Positions 37,464 through 50,297 are shown, counted from the first letter of the whole stretch. The stretch is 63,040 bases of DNA, filler included, from Olpidium bornovanus S191 (GCA_017911155.1; 26 parts of 26 records of this genome joined end to end with filler, not necessarily neighbours in it), one strand, 5' to 3'. Numbers and translations: made by a program. Notes: a model not told the origin generated them from the letters alone.

Positions 37464-37724
37464 GCAATTGTCAATTGTCAATTACCCATCGTCAATTGTC
37501 AATTGTAAATCGTTAATTGCCAATCGTCAATTGTCAATCATCAATAATGTCAATTGTCCATTATCAATCGTCAATTGTCAATTATCGATCATGTCAATTA
37601 TTGATCGTGAATTATCGATCGTGTCAATTATCAATCGTCAATTATCAATTGTCGTCAATTGTCAATTGTAAATTGTCGTCAGTTGTCAATTGTATATTGT
37701 CGTCAGTTGTCAATTGTCAATTGA
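37464..37724. repeat. 7-bp TCAATTG-based satellite (quasi-palindromic)
   Basis: Degenerate array of CAATTGT / TCGTCAATTG units directly after the A-rich minisatellite. Confidence 0.92.
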
Positions 37725-38179
37725 GCGAAAATTGACCCTAAAATTCCCTTGGCACTACCCCTTAACACGAACGGCAGGCGGTGACAGGTGGCGACGGGCG
37801 GTGGGCGGGCCAGGAAGGGGGGAGGTGGGGGGTTTCGGGTTGAAGGGGGGGGAGTTCCGGTTGAAGGCGGGTCCGGGAGTTCGGGGTGGGGGGGGGGGGG
37901 GGGGGGAGGGGGGGAGCTCGGAAAATTTGGAAAAGAAGGGGGAGGTCAATACGGACCAGAATTAAATTCCCTGAGAGGGGAAGTTTGCCAGAAACAGACC
38001 CCCCTTGGAAATAGACTAATGAAAACCAGAATAACGTAACAGGGGCTTCTTCCTTTTCTAAGCTTAACCTAAACCTTAAACTTGGTTTTGTTTTGCTCGG
38101 ACCGCACCACCCCAATTTTTACGGTAAATAACAGGGTATCCCTGGCATAAACACCAGAAATCTTCGGGGCACCACCCAC

Positions 38180-39002
38180 AACAACTTCAAGGATACCCGT
38201 CAGCACGCAGACTGCGGCCGACTTTGGTAAGGATTCCACAAAGATCGTGGACCCAACAGTCCTCTCCGGGACTTTCGCCTCAATGAAGCAAGACGTCCAT
38301 GGTTCCAAGACCACTATCTCAGTGGACCGCAGTTTGCAGTCGTTGATGACTGGCCGCCCCTTTGGGGAGGCCAACATCGGAATCAGTGACGGAGAAGACT
38401 TTTTGTTCTTTGCCCGTACTGAGACAACATCTTTGGTTGTCAAAGGTCCACGCCGATCGCGTGCATTGTTGTCTGACCAATCAATAGGTCGTCTGTCGCC
38501 CCGTCGACAACATAGAATGGGATCACCACTTTGTGTGTGCCCACTCGAACGCGAACCTGCGCGTATCCGAGTGTCCAACTCACTGAGCCGTTGAAACCTC
38601 GCAACGTTCCGGCTAACATTCGGAGCGGTGATGCTCGGCAGAACTTCCGATAGAAGTCGTAGCCCACAAGGTCACCCTGGGACCCTAAATCAAAACAGCA
38701 AATTTGCTGCCGGCCGTTTATGGCCACAGGTGCGTAGGCTTTTCGTCTAGGTTGGCCTAGCGTTAGCACCTCATAGTCCTCCTCGACTGCACCTGGCGCA
38801 AGGTCTGGGACTTGTACGGCAGATATTTCCACCAGATTGCCGCCTCTCGCGGGATGCGCAAATGGTCTCTCGGATGAACGTGCCGGCGACGGGCGCCGTG
38901 TCGACGTCCTCTCGTTGCATAACCCTTTGCTTTTGCTCCCTTCCTCCGGTCGAAGTCGACTTGCATATTTCCATTGATTTCTCTCGACTTGCGCAGCCTC
39001 AT
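38180..39002 (-). mobile_element. Degenerate Ty3/gypsy gag-end / retropepsin protease region
   Basis: AYAPVAINGRQQICCFDLGSQGDLV..LRGFNG..FYVVD..DLLIGQTTM has the retropepsin layout, with DLG in place of D[ST]G. Stop and frameshift at about 38440. Confidence 0.75.
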
Positions 39003-40381
39003 CGATTTTTCCGCTTGATCCCTTTTGTTTTGATTTTACCCCTTTATTTTTGCTGTTTTCTCGTTGCCTACGTAAAATCCCCCCTCCGAAAACCCCGACG
39101 TAAAAATAAGAAGGGAAACGGGGTCGACGCCGAGATTGCCGTCGGGCTGTTGGCGGGTCGAGGTCGAGGGAAGTTAAGTTTCAGGCTCTCACCGTGCCGT
39201 CGGGCTAGGGGCTGGGCGCTCGTCTGCAACGACTTCGTGACCGCCACTCCACGTCTTCATGGGAACGGCCCGTCCCCTTTTGGTCTCGTTCTCTTTCCTC
39301 TTCGCGAACCCTTCCCTGGGAAGCGAGCCCCCGGCGGGCACGGTGTTGTACCAGTTTTGTACTTTAATAGGAAAGCGGAGTCAGTCATTAAGGCCCAGGG
39401 CTTGTCTAAGGCGGAAAGGGTAAATGCAAATGACTGGGGGGGAAGAAAAACCCGTTGGCGCTCTCTCTCCCTCTCTCTCTCTCGAGCTCCCTCGAACTCC
39501 CCGGGCGATCCGCCGGTTCCGTTTGGTTCGTTCGCGTCTTCTATTTTTCTATCTCTCCTTCTGGCCTAAAAAAAAACAACTTGGATTGACGTGTCCTCGC
39601 TCGGGGGGGAGCAGTGGGGCTAAGTTCGCTCTCTCCCCGCCAAGGTTTCTATATACCAGTCGGCAACCCTCCACCATTGCCCTTTTTTCTGTTGGTACTC
39701 AAGCCCTCTTCCCGCTACCCTCCGAAAGTAGTTACCACAACCCGAACCGAAAATAAAACAAACACAACATAACCAAACCACAGGTTATGAGCCCAACGGC
39801 GCCCTGCCCGTGAACCCGCGAACGCTCCTGACGAGCGCAACCTCCGCTGCAGAAGAGCGTGAACACCATCCTACCATCCTCCCGTGAACTCTCCCGAAGA
39901 GCCCTCCCTTGCGCTCCCGAAGAGCGCAGCAACCATTCCTGCGCCGCTGCGCAACGACCATCGCCGCGCGCCCACTGCTGCTGCGCGCCCGCTGCTGCGC
40001 GCCCGCCACCGCCACTGCGCGCCCGCCGCCACCGCCGCTGCGCGCCCGCCGCCAACGCCGCTGCGCGCTTGCCGCCGCGCGCTCGCCGCCGCGCGCTCGC
40101 CGCCACGCCGTCGCCGTAGCGCAACCTCCAACCGCCATCTGCGCAACCGCCATCCTCTGCGCCGCCGCGCACCCGCACCGCCCCGCAGCGACCGCCGTCG
40201 CACCATCCCAACGCCCACCGCGCGCCCGCCACGCCCGTCGCGCCCGCCGCGCCTGCCGCGCCGCGCCCGTAACCGCCATCCTCTGCGCCGCCGGGCAGCA
40301 ACCATCCTTGCGCCGCTGCGCCGCAGCTCTCTGCACTCCTTCGGAAAAACGCGCCATCCAAGCAAAGAAGCACCAAAAAGA

Positions 40382-40891
40382 ATGATGACCAGAATGCCGC
40401 CGCTGCAGACCGCGGAAAACTCCGGACAAGTAACTGCTGAAACTGCTGGAGGGAAGGCAAGTACCCAGCAGCACATCCCCAGGGCCGGGGAAGACTCAAA
40501 GGTAAGAAGCCAGCACGGAACGTTCTCCAAAACATTGGACGCAAGGGAATGCGCCCTCCGCGCGCAGCAACAGGACGTGGAACGCCAGGAAACGGAACTC
40601 CGCATGCGTGAGGAACAGCTAGAACGGGAACGTGTCAAACGCAGTGCCGAACGTGATGCAAACAGACGCGAGCTCGCTGACCTCCACGCAAAGTTCGATC
40701 AAGTCCCTTTGTTTCTCCAGCGGCAGCAACAGCAACAGCAACAGCAACCGCAACCTCTGGCCCCACCGTCGCCGTCGCCGTCAAGGCATAAGTATCGCAA
40801 CTTCGAAGAAGAACTCGACGATGAGGTGCGCTCTGTAACCTCCAGAGCCGGGGTGCCTCCTGTTCGCGCCCCATCCACGCACTCGCATTGA
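40382..40891 (+). CDS. Coiled-coil / polyQ ORF (170 aa), possibly a retroelement gag N-terminus
   Basis: Heptad-like EQLERERVKRSAERDANRRELADLHAKF, followed by a Q-rich and a P-rich tract. No introns evident. Flanked by retroelement relics. Not assigned to a family. Confidence 0.4.
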   Translation: MMTRMPPLQTAENSGQVTAETAGGKASTQQHIPRAGEDSKVRSQHGTFSKTLDARECALRAQQQDVERQETELRMREEQLERERVKRSAERDANRRELADLHAKFDQVPLFLQRQQQQQQQQPQPLAPPSPSPSRHKYRNFEEELDDEVRSVTSRAGVPPVRAPSTHSH

Positions 40892-41011
40892 CATGTCGAT
40901 TATGAGGAAACATACTCACCTGTGATTTCCTTCCCCGTGCTGCGTTTCCTCCTTGCCGTCGCAGCGTGCTACGACTGGTCCCTACGCTCTTTCGATTTCA
41001 TTACCGCTTAC
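40892..41011 (+). mobile_element. Ty1/copia reverse transcriptase fragment (RVT_2 start)
   Basis: VDYEETYSPVISFPVLRFLLAVAACYDWSLRSFDFITAY matches GiDY.ETfSPV......R.lLA.AA..dw.l...Dv.TAf. Confidence 0.88.
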
Positions 41012-41438
41012 NNNNNNNNNNNNNNNNNNNNNNNNNNNNNNNNNNNNNNNNNNNNTTAATTAATTAANNNNNNNNNNNNNNNNNNNNNNNNNNNNNNNNN
41101 NNNNNNNNNNNCATGTCGGTGGGGTTTCCGCGGAAAGTGTTGATGCGTGCGGCGCAGCCGCGAAGGCCGCACGGGAAGCACAGAGAAGGCGGGAAGTGTG
41201 GCGCGGCAGGAAAGCCTGCGGGAAGGGTGATTCGGCAACAGCGGCTGCGGGGAGTGCGGCGAAGACGAGCGGAAAGCGCGGCGCGGCAGCGAAGGCTGAC
41301 GGGGTGGCTGTGCTGCGTGTCGGGAAAGCGCGGAGCGGCGATGGTGCGGCCACGTCGCGGCGATGTTGCGGCAGGTTGTACCTGGGCTCTCACGTATTAA
41401 TTATTTCTCGAATTGGCCTTGCATCAGGGTTTGTTCAA

Positions 41439-41450
41439 GGTCACGTGACC
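41439..41450. promoter_or_regulatory. 12-bp palindromic E-box GGTCACGTGACC (bHLH Cbf1/USF/CLEAR-type)
   Basis: Perfect palindrome 100 nt upstream of the RBM25-like ATG. A similar CGTCACGTGACG lies at 49132-49143. Function not shown. Confidence 0.35.
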
Positions 41451-41549
41451 TGACTGTTAGAGCGGCCAGGCCCGGCGCGCTCACAGAAAACGCAAAGGTC
41501 GTCCCGAAACTGAAGGCTCGCCGACCCCGTCGGGACTGCAGTCTTCGAC

Positions 41550-42975
41550 ATGACCCCTTTTGGCCAGCCTCAACAGCCTCCGTACGGTAAAGACGCAGAA
41601 AGCCCTCGAGGTTTTCGAAACCCCGGTCCCCCTGCACCTATTCCAATTTTCTCTCTTGTTTGGGCAAGCTCTCCCGCGTTCGCGAAATCGCGTTACATGC
41701 CGGTCGCGATACTCACGCGCCGTTGCTCGCTCGGGTTTTGCGGCAACTAGGCCCTCGGCATGGCGGCGGACCTCCACTGCAGCCCGAACTCGGCGGGCCG
41801 CCGCTGCTGATGCCGTACCAACAACAGCTTCAGTTCCGGCCACCGCCAACGAGACCGCCATTAGGAACTTACCCACCGCAGGTCCAGCCGTTACCTTTCG
41901 GTCGCGGGGGGCCGGGACTCATGCCCCTTCCCCAGCGGCCCTTCTACCTGCCGAACCAGTCTACCCACATGCTACCACACGGGGGCACACTGTTTACACC
42001 CGGCATACGACCGCCTCCGGGCAGCATGCCAATGCAGCCTCCGCAGCAGGAGACAATGACGACAGTTTTTGTAGGAGGGCTGCCAGAGGCGCTTGATGAT
42101 GAGTTTCTGGAACGCCTGCTAAAGGTCGAGCTGGGCATGTAGCATCCGGTTGTGGTAAATCATTCGCGATGGAATCTCTTCCCTTACTGGTCGTTGTTGT
42201 CCGGTGTTTTAGGTCTGCGGCCCCCTGCGGCGCTGGCGGCGCGTCCGTGACACCCAGGGGGCGCCCAAGGCATTTGGCTTTTGCGAGTATCAAACGGCGG
42301 ACGCCGTCCTCCGCGCACTTCGAGTCTTGGGGGGTGGAGACGACTCCTCACAGGCTTTGGAGCTCCCCGACCCGACCGCGAAGGGGTTGACCAGGAGACT
42401 GGTGGTCAAGGCGGACGACGCGACACGCAGCTCCTTGGACGAGTACGAGAAGGCGCGGCCAAAGACAGAGGTGAGTCACCGATGCGTTGCTTGTATCATA
42501 CATACGACTTCCTGCACGTTTGCGTAACTTTTCCGTGTTGTCTAGGCAGACGTGGAGCAAGATAAGGCTGCGCGTGCAGAGGCACTGGATGTGATCGCAA
42601 CGGTCAGAGGAGGTAAAGAAGTTAACGAATCTCGGAACCAACAGATCGTCGACAACTTTGCCCGCGCACCGCTGTCGCGACCACTGGAGGATCTTCCGGA
42701 GAATCTGCCAGACCGCGATGTGATATCCAAGGAGATTATGGTTTTCCGTGAGCGGGCAGCTGAACGTGAGCGTCAGAAGCAGCTAGTGGAGCAAGAACGG
42801 TTGCGCCGGATGCAGGCGCCTTCCCTCCACCAACACGGCGGAGACCGGCAAGACGGCCACCATAACGACCACCACGACCCCCACGACCCCCACGACCACC
42901 ATAACCACCGTGAACACTTCGGGAAGGATCGGAGAGGTGCTCACCCCTCGAACGGGACTCTGCGTACCGGCGGGG
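41550..42975 (+). CDS. RBM25: RBM25/Snu71-like U1 snRNP-associated RRM protein (3'-partial)
   Basis: Pro-rich N-terminus, then TTVFVGGL..FLERLLK|VCGPLRRWRRVRD..KAFGFCEY..VLRALRVL..RRLVVKADDATRSSLDEY and ISKEIMVFRERAAERE. Confidence 0.85.
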
Positions 42976-43107
42976 NNNNNNNNNNNNNNNNNNNNNNNNN
43001 NNNNNNNNNNNNNNNNNNNTTAATTAATTAANNNNNNNNNNNNNNNNNNNNNNNNNNNNNNNNNNNNNNNNNNNNACATAGCAGCCGCAGTTGATGACCT
43101 TTCTCAG

Positions 43108-44194
43108 GCGGAGGACTGGTTGGAGTATATCCAGAGGACGCTCCGAGAGACCAAGGAGCGCGACCGGCAACCCCTGGGCGGAGAACGGCCGGCGACACGC
43201 GCTCCTGAGTTGCATGCTCTGCAGGTGGACGGCGCCGGCGTCGTCGGCCCTGGGACTAGGGTCGGCGTCGATGACGACGAGGATGACGAGGGCCTTGAGG
43301 CTGTTGCGGAGGGCGACATGGCCAGCGACCAGTTTGCGAGGTACCTATGCCAGCAAATAACATCCGACCTCCCGGATAAATTTGGGAGTTCGGATGACGA
43401 GGACGAGGACGAGGACGAGGTGGCGTGGATACGGTACGCTTCAACAAGCCTGGCGGATTTTTACGTTTGGCTGCGGGTTGTTTTGCCCTTTCGATTTGCG
43501 TTGACGGAAGCGATGTCTGTTGCCATGGCAGCAGGGAGTTTGATAGGGGAAGTGGCTTCGACATGCGGGCAGCTTTCGGCAGTGCTACCGTGGTAAGTCA
43601 CTCATGGTCCTCTTCGGGGTTTCAAAGCTGCTTGCAGACTTCAGTGATTTAAACGCCACACTGGTCTCAGTGCACTTGTACCCGTTGTGTTTGCAGCAGG
43701 ATCCGTTTGACAATCAACGATCAGCGCTCGACGATAGTTTTGATGACAGTGATGATGAAGAGGATGTGCGTAACGGAGGAAGATCAGATTCCAGCCGCAA
43801 CGTTTGAAATATGATCTCCCTGACGCGGACTCTGCATCAGCAGAACGCGGCCGCATGGTCGAACACAGACGCGCCGCCAACGATGGCGCAATTTGCGGCC
43901 GAAGCGCCGCAGGAGAAACTGACGGTGGCTGACTGGAACGCTGACTTCGAGCGGTCGTTCGGCCTCGACCTCGACCTCGGCATCGGCGGCGGCATCGGCT
44001 TCGACGGCGGCGGCGGAGCCGTCACTTCGACGCCGCAAGTTCCGGGTGCAGCAGACGACGTGAGCTACGGCGGTGCGGAACAGCTTGCGGCGGCAGACAC
44101 GTTCACCGCGACCGCAGCGGAGATCGCCGGCGGCTTTGAATCAGACTTTAGCCGGATGAAGCTCTCGGACGTGGAAGCCGGCCCTGCAACCGAG
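43108..44194 (+). CDS. SIT4/PP6 phosphatase-associated (SAPS-domain) protein, C-terminal exons
   Basis: EDWLEYIQRTLRETKERDRQPLGGERP resembles the SAPS-domain end W..f....L.et...d...LGG.RP. It is followed by DQFARYL and an acidic low-complexity tail. Confidence 0.6.
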
Positions 44195-44729
44195 GTAGAA
44201 GGCCCGCGCATTTGGTGGCGAAACAGGAGTGCGGCCGCCGCGTGGTCTTGCTTGACACAGCCGCTTACGACCCCCGCTTACGCTGACCTGTCCCCCTCAA
44301 ACCCATCCCCCACCCCCACTTCCCCCCCCCTCCACACACACACACACACGAACACTCCACGTTCTCAAAAAACTTACGCCCGGCATTTCGTGCGCGCGCG
44401 CGCGAAAAAAAGGGCGCATCAAGAGATCGTGGGGGCACGCCATTCACTGGGGAAGCGGACGACAGTAACTCGGAACAAAGCGAGAAGGCCGCCGAGGATT
44501 CTGCGGAGAAAACGGCATAGCGGGGGGTTTTTTTTTTGGGCGATAACCCCGTCATGCATCCAAAAGAATTGATGTATAATGCAACCTTTCCGCCTCCGCT
44601 CCCGCTTTTCCCTTTTCTCATTCGGCCCCNNNNNNNNNNNNNNNNNNNNNNNNNNNNNNNNNNNNNNNNNNNNTTAATTAATTAANNNNNNNNNNNNNNN
44701 NNNNNNNNNNNNNNNNNNNNNNNNNNNNN

Positions 44730-47343
44730 CATGAACGCCGCCAGCACTCGGAGCCCGCGCCCGCTGACAAACATCTGCAAGCTCAACGTCGACGCTTCGC
44801 AGACGCGACGGACGAACCTCGCCGCCTCCAGCCGGACGGCCGGCGGATGCTCCCTGGAGGCAAAACTTGTGATGCACGGAACGCCGCCGATCAGACAGAA
44901 ATTCTCGAGGAGCTCTGTGCTGCTGCCGGTGATCTCTCCGTGGCAGGGGAAGGGGGCAGAAGGGGAGAGGGGAAAGGAAAGGGTGGGGGTGAGGAGAGCC
45001 GGCCGGGGTTCCGTTTTCCGTAAGACGTCAACATTGCGGGGTAGAAAAGGAAGGGTGTGTTCCGACTTGCCATCAGCCCCGCTTCCCACTTCCTCCCAAG
45101 TTTCCCCTCCTTCTCCAACATTTGGCCCGGTGCAAAAAACTCGTTCCATACCATGTTCACAATCCGCAAAAGCTTTTCTCGAAGCTCTCCGGGCGTTTTC
45201 CAGGAGGGAGGGGGATGCTGCCCCTGCTCTAGCAGGCCGAGGATCGGCAAAAGTCCGTGGTTCGTGTTCAGGTTTGACCGTAAGGCGGGGTTATCGGTCA
45301 AGATGGTGATCTTGCGGACGGGCAAAATCAGGAAATGCGGGGTCAAAAAAAGAAAGGAAAAAAAAAAAGAAATAAACACCCCTGCCGGGAAACTGGCAGG
45401 AACTGACGACAGAGAAAGCGCAGGCCCGTACCAGGCCGTCACAGGCAGCCACGAGTTCCTTGAACGAAAGCTCCGGGCTCAGCTTGTTGATGAGCGCATC
45501 GATGTCGGCGCAAAGCCTCGCGTGCTTGTCGCGGGCGAGGTTTTTCTCGAGGTCTGCACCAGTTCAAACCCGGGCTAAGGGGACCTTTTTTTCTTCCGGA
45601 ACTGGACTTTTTTTTTTCGCAAGTTTCGCAGGCAAGAGTTTGAGAGAGCGCGCGTATACCTGTCTCGTCTAATTCCTCTTCAAGATCTGCGAACGGATCA
45701 TCTTCCTCGTCGCCGTCGCTGGCGGGCCATTTGTCATCCGGCTGGTTGTGAAAGGTCGGTGCTCGGATGGCGTCGTCTGCAGGCTGCAAGAAGCTCGATG
45801 CGGACGGTTATCGATTTTGCCCGGTGAATCGAGCCCGGTTGTCACACCGTCAAAACGTTACAACCCCGTTGCGCCTTACTAACGTTGGCGAAAGACCGTC
45901 TTCGTTGGCTCATCAGCCTTCCGCCTTTTCATCACCAGCCGAGATTTTGCGTGTTTTTTTTTTCCGACGGCATCTTATTACTCGCTCCGCGATCCCACAG
46001 CATATCCACAAAAATAAAACTCTGCCGCGGCCGACTCCCGTACCTCGGTTGTCCCAAATATCCTCAAAATCAATGTCGTCGCTCTCGACGTATTGCTCCA
46101 AGTCGCCGAGACTCTCGTCCTTTTTCCTGCCTTTGTTCCTTCCGGACCCTGTCCTGTCGCCTTTTGACGATTGAGGGGTCGCGCTTCGCGGCGGTAATCT
46201 TACCGTCGCCGCTCCCTGGTCCTCCTCTTCGTCCAGCTCCTGCCACGCGCGGCCGGTTCCGAGTCCGACGGCGCGATTTTCGCCCCGAAATTGAGGAGGA
46301 GCCCGGTCTTCGTGATCGCCACCGGCGGATTTAGACGCGCGGCCGTCCGACTTCGAAAGATCCCCGGCGGCCGCGCGTTCGCCCCTTCTGGCCTGGCGGG
46401 CTTCCTCCAGCGGGAGTGCGGCCGCCGCGCGCAATTTCGGAGGACCGCTTTTGCCGTGTCCCCCACCATACCGCGCTTCCTGTTCCCGAGCCGCCGCCGC
46501 GGCCTCGGCGGCCTCGCCGCCGGACGGCGTCCCTCTTTTCGGCACGACCGCCGCCGCCGCCGCCGCCGGTGTCGCCAGTTTCAGCCCGCCGGGCACGGCT
46601 ATCCGCTCGAAACTCGTGTTGATTTTGCCCACCTTCGCGGCGACGGCCTCCTCGTCCTCTTCGAAAATGTCGTCGTAGACGTCGTCTTCGTTTTCTTCGA
46701 CGTATTTCTTCGCCGCGGTGTCCAGAAACGGCGCGATCGCCCTTCCCGGCTGTCCAACAACTCCCCCTCCTCCTCCTCCTCCTCCTTTTCCATCGACGTT
46801 TGAAGCGCCGGCGTGACGCGGCGGCAGCACCTGCGGCTGCTGCTGTTGCTGCTGCTGCTGCTGTTTCGGGAAAACCCGCCCAAGGATCGTGTGCGAATTG
46901 TCGTCTTCGTCCATGTCTTCCTCGTAGTACTCTTCGTGCCCCACGTCGATGCTCTTCAGATCGTCGCTGACGTCGCGGTTCAGCAGGGCGGCATGCTTCC
47001 GTTCGCTGTCGGGGGCGGCGTCCGCCGGACCGCGGGCCGGCTGCCGGGTCGCCGCAGCCGCCGGCGGAGGTTTTTTCAGAGTCTCCAACCGCTTCAGATT
47101 AACGTCGCCGTCTCCGATCTCGAAGTCGCTGTCCCAGCAATCTTCATCCTTCTCTGCCTGGTCGGCCAAATCCGTCAAGGACCGCCTCAGCACGGCGCTG
47201 CGCCTTCCCTGGCTCGGGTCGGACATGCGGACGGTTTCCGCCAGATCGTCCAGCGAGGTCGTCGAAACTCGGGGAGAGCCGAGGGTGCTCGGCCTGTTCG
47301 ACTCGATGGAACCCCGCCCGGCGGCGCGCTGCGCCGACGGCAC
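44730..47343 (-). CDS. SIN/MEN STE-family kinase Cdc7(S. pombe)/SepH/Cdc15, non-catalytic region
   Basis: CWDSDF, DDPFADLEEELDE|DLEKNLARDKHARL, HGLLPILGLLE and LENFCLIGGVPCITSFA..VRLEAARFV..STLSLQMFVSGRGLRVL match the SepH/Cdc7 ARM-like region. Confidence 0.85.
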
Positions 47344-47444
47344 NNNNNNNNNNNNNNNNNNNNNNNNNNNNNNNNNNNNNNNNNNNNTTAATTAATTAAN
47401 NNNNNNNNNNNNNNNNNNNNNNNNNNNNNNNNNNNNNNNNNNNC

Positions 47445-48362
47445 ACCCGCGTCGCCGTGATTGCCTACGAGGCCCAGCCTGTCCACGAAGACATCGAACA
47501 CCCGGGATGGGGCCGGCCAGGTAAGGTGCAAGTATCTGTCCGCATCTCCTGCCGGCGAACCATGCCGCACTTAGCCATGTTCGATGTGCTGACGCCGCTA
47601 AACGGGCTTCCGGTATGGGAAAGGTTCCGAACTGGAAAACGTGAATTTCCGAGCTCAAATCATTGCGGCCCAGGAGCTTATAGGTACTACAGCGCACGCG
47701 TTTTCGTTTTTGTGCTTTCCCGGAGCCCTTTCCCGACTTGCGGCGCCGCGGGCCGGAAAACCGTCCTTTCCATATTGCGTCCCCCGCGGTAACGTTCGCC
47801 TGCGCGTTTTTGGTGGCGCAGAGAAGGCAGCCGTCCGCCACTCCGAAGAGTTTGCTCGGCCGCCGCTGTGGAGCACGTCGCGGTACATTTCGTTTCTGGT
47901 GGACGCGGGCTTGGTCGACCGGAAGCTCGGGCGCCACTACGTCGAGCGCTACGAGGCCGCGCAGTTCTCGGGGGCGGCCGTAACTGAGCAAGAATTCGCT
48001 GACTTCATGAAGCTGCAGTACCTTGTCCTGAACGGGTGGGTCCATACCAAACGACTCCGATTGGAGCATGCCAAGAGGAGCAAGGCGCAGAAAAGAGGCC
48101 GGGAGCGCCGGTCGGTCGGGGCCACTGGGAACTGACGCTCGCGCACGCTCCCGCTCTCATCGGCCCGGATCCGGCGGATACCTTGGATCTTCGCAGCATG
48201 GATTTCTATGATGAGGAGGGCTCGGAAACCAGCTACCGCAGCTCCGTCAGCATTTCCAGCAGCGGCGCGAGCATGCTGCTAGGACTTATCACCGACAATG
48301 GAAACGAGGCGGACGACGATAGCGACGGCCGCGCACCGGGCATTTCAATGGATGTCCTATAA
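47445..48362 (+). CDS. Unidentified protein, C-terminal exons
   Basis: Exon ..SRYISFLVDAGLVDRKLGRHYVERYEAAQFSG..FMKLQYLVLNG joins in phase 2 (GG|gtgggt..cag|C) to MDFYDEEGS..MDVL*. Family not recognised. Confidence 0.45.
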
Positions 48363-49732
48363 AACACGGGTCCCCCATCTGAATTATTGTACGTCATATA
48401 CCCCTCACGCCGTATAACTTTCGGACAGAACTTCCCCCCTTCCCCTCCCCCCCGCCGATCCCCGCGGATTCGGCCGCACCCGCAGGATCATATCGCACGG
48501 CGCAGGCCCGATTGCCCCGAATGCGGCGGGCCAATTTTATGGAGGTGGTCCAATATTGTGTTCGCATCTATTTTGATTCTTTGCGGTGGCGGGGTGGGAG
48601 AGAGGAAGAACAGGCCGCTAGTATTGGCGGGCGGAGAAACCAAAGCGGCTTCGACTCGCTTAAGGTTCGCCTGCTCAGGGTGGGCAGCGGCGACTGGATG
48701 TGCTCTTCCGATTTTCGCGCCGCCGGAGCCGTTCAACGCGGGTCTTAAAGTAGATGAGGAGGGGTGGCGGGCCGGGGGGGGGGGGGGGGGGGGGGGGGGC
48801 GGCGGTGGAACGCGGGGGACGCGATGTACAGTGGACACGACAAAGAAGCGCGCCGCAAACCGGNNNNNNNNNNNNNNNNNNNNNNNNNNNNNNNNNNNNN
48901 NNNNNNNTTAATTAATTAANNNNNNNNNNNNNNNNNNNNNNNNNNNNNNNNNNNNNNNNNNNNCATGGTTATGTGCGGAGATGACGGCGTGAAAGAAAGC
49001 GGGCCGGAGAGTGAGAAAATCGAAGAAAAAAAAAGAATTTCGTAGTATTGCGCCGTCGACTGAGCGGCGCTCCCCAAACCGCCAACGCAGGAGAGATCGA
49101 GGGGTGGGGGGGAAGCGCTTTGATGGCGGTTCGTCACGTGACGTGATGTTCTTAGTACAGTCCTCCCTCCGAAACTTTATAGCCTCGGTTACGAGAGGTT
49201 ATAAACTAGCGAAAAACTATTTAATTAAAAATCAAAAATGCGAAAATCTGTGTGTCTTACCGCCCAACCTACCAACCACCAAACCAACCAAAACCAAAAA
49301 ACAAAATCCAGAAACCCACAGGACCAGAACTGCCACTAACTACCCCATTCTTGCCCAAACACAACCTCTAGAAAAGGCTGTCGAAGTAGGTTGGCTGTGT
49401 GTTTGCGGGGAGAAGATACAAGGAAACCCTGTTTTTAGACAAAAAGCCGTCTTTGAGTCGGGGTAGCCTACAGTTCAGTCACTGACTGTTGTTTTCTTGT
49501 TATTATTAGGACGTCTAGTCTGCTCTACGAGCAGAAACGTGAAATCTGCTGCAAGAAAGCGGCAAACCCGAAGATGAGCCAGACCATGTTGGCTTCCTGG
49601 TCAAAGAAGCGGTTCAACCTCCCCAAAAGGATTCACCAGGCCACCATCAGCAACATCGTCAAGAGGCGGGATTATTGCGAGGCTATCGATCCCACAGAGC
49701 TCAGTGCCAAACGGACCCGGACTGTCCAGCAC

Positions 49733-50297
49733 TGTGATGGCACGCGCCCGGACGCCGGGACCCGGGGACCGGACACACTGCGGGCCACGACGTCACGCTA
49801 CCCCCCTTCGCTGCTGCCCCCCTTCCCCGTTACCCTCCTTCTCCGCTACCCCCCTTTCCCGCTACCCCCCTTCCCCCTCGCCCCTGCGGGCTACGTGGGC
49901 AAACGAGAAGTCGCCTGGCAACCCTTCTCCCCTTTCCCCACCAAAAAAGCAAGAAGCCTCACGCGAGTGGCGCCATGCCAACAGGCAAGCAGCGAAGGAA
50001 CCAGTGCTCCACCATGGGGGGATAGGACTGGCTGCCGTATCCACCTGGGACTGGTACCATGCGGCAGACAACGCGGTGAAGGCATGCAGCACCGGACAGG
50101 CAAAGGAGGACCCGCGACGGGGTCGTCCCTTGGGTGTAAAAACGGGTGTTGTCCGCCCCCTTCCATAAATTTCTCAGGACTCTTCCAAAATTCTCCGCTT
50201 GTATCAAGCTCACCAAAGAGCTCACCAAAAGAGTCTCAAATATACAACTCGAACTTCCAACCGTCTCAGTACAAACACGACCAGCGTCCACAGTACA
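49733..50297 (+). mobile_element. Solo LTR 1 (565 bp) with 5-bp TSD AGCAC
   Basis: TGTGAT...GTACA ends. AGCAC at 49728-49732 and 50298-50302. Removing it restores KRTRTVQH-PVMED. Confidence 0.85.

Noticed and set aside
38058-38085. CTTAACCTAAACCTTAAAC, telomere-like
   Set aside because: Only two or three imperfect units, internal, and not a tandem telomeric array.
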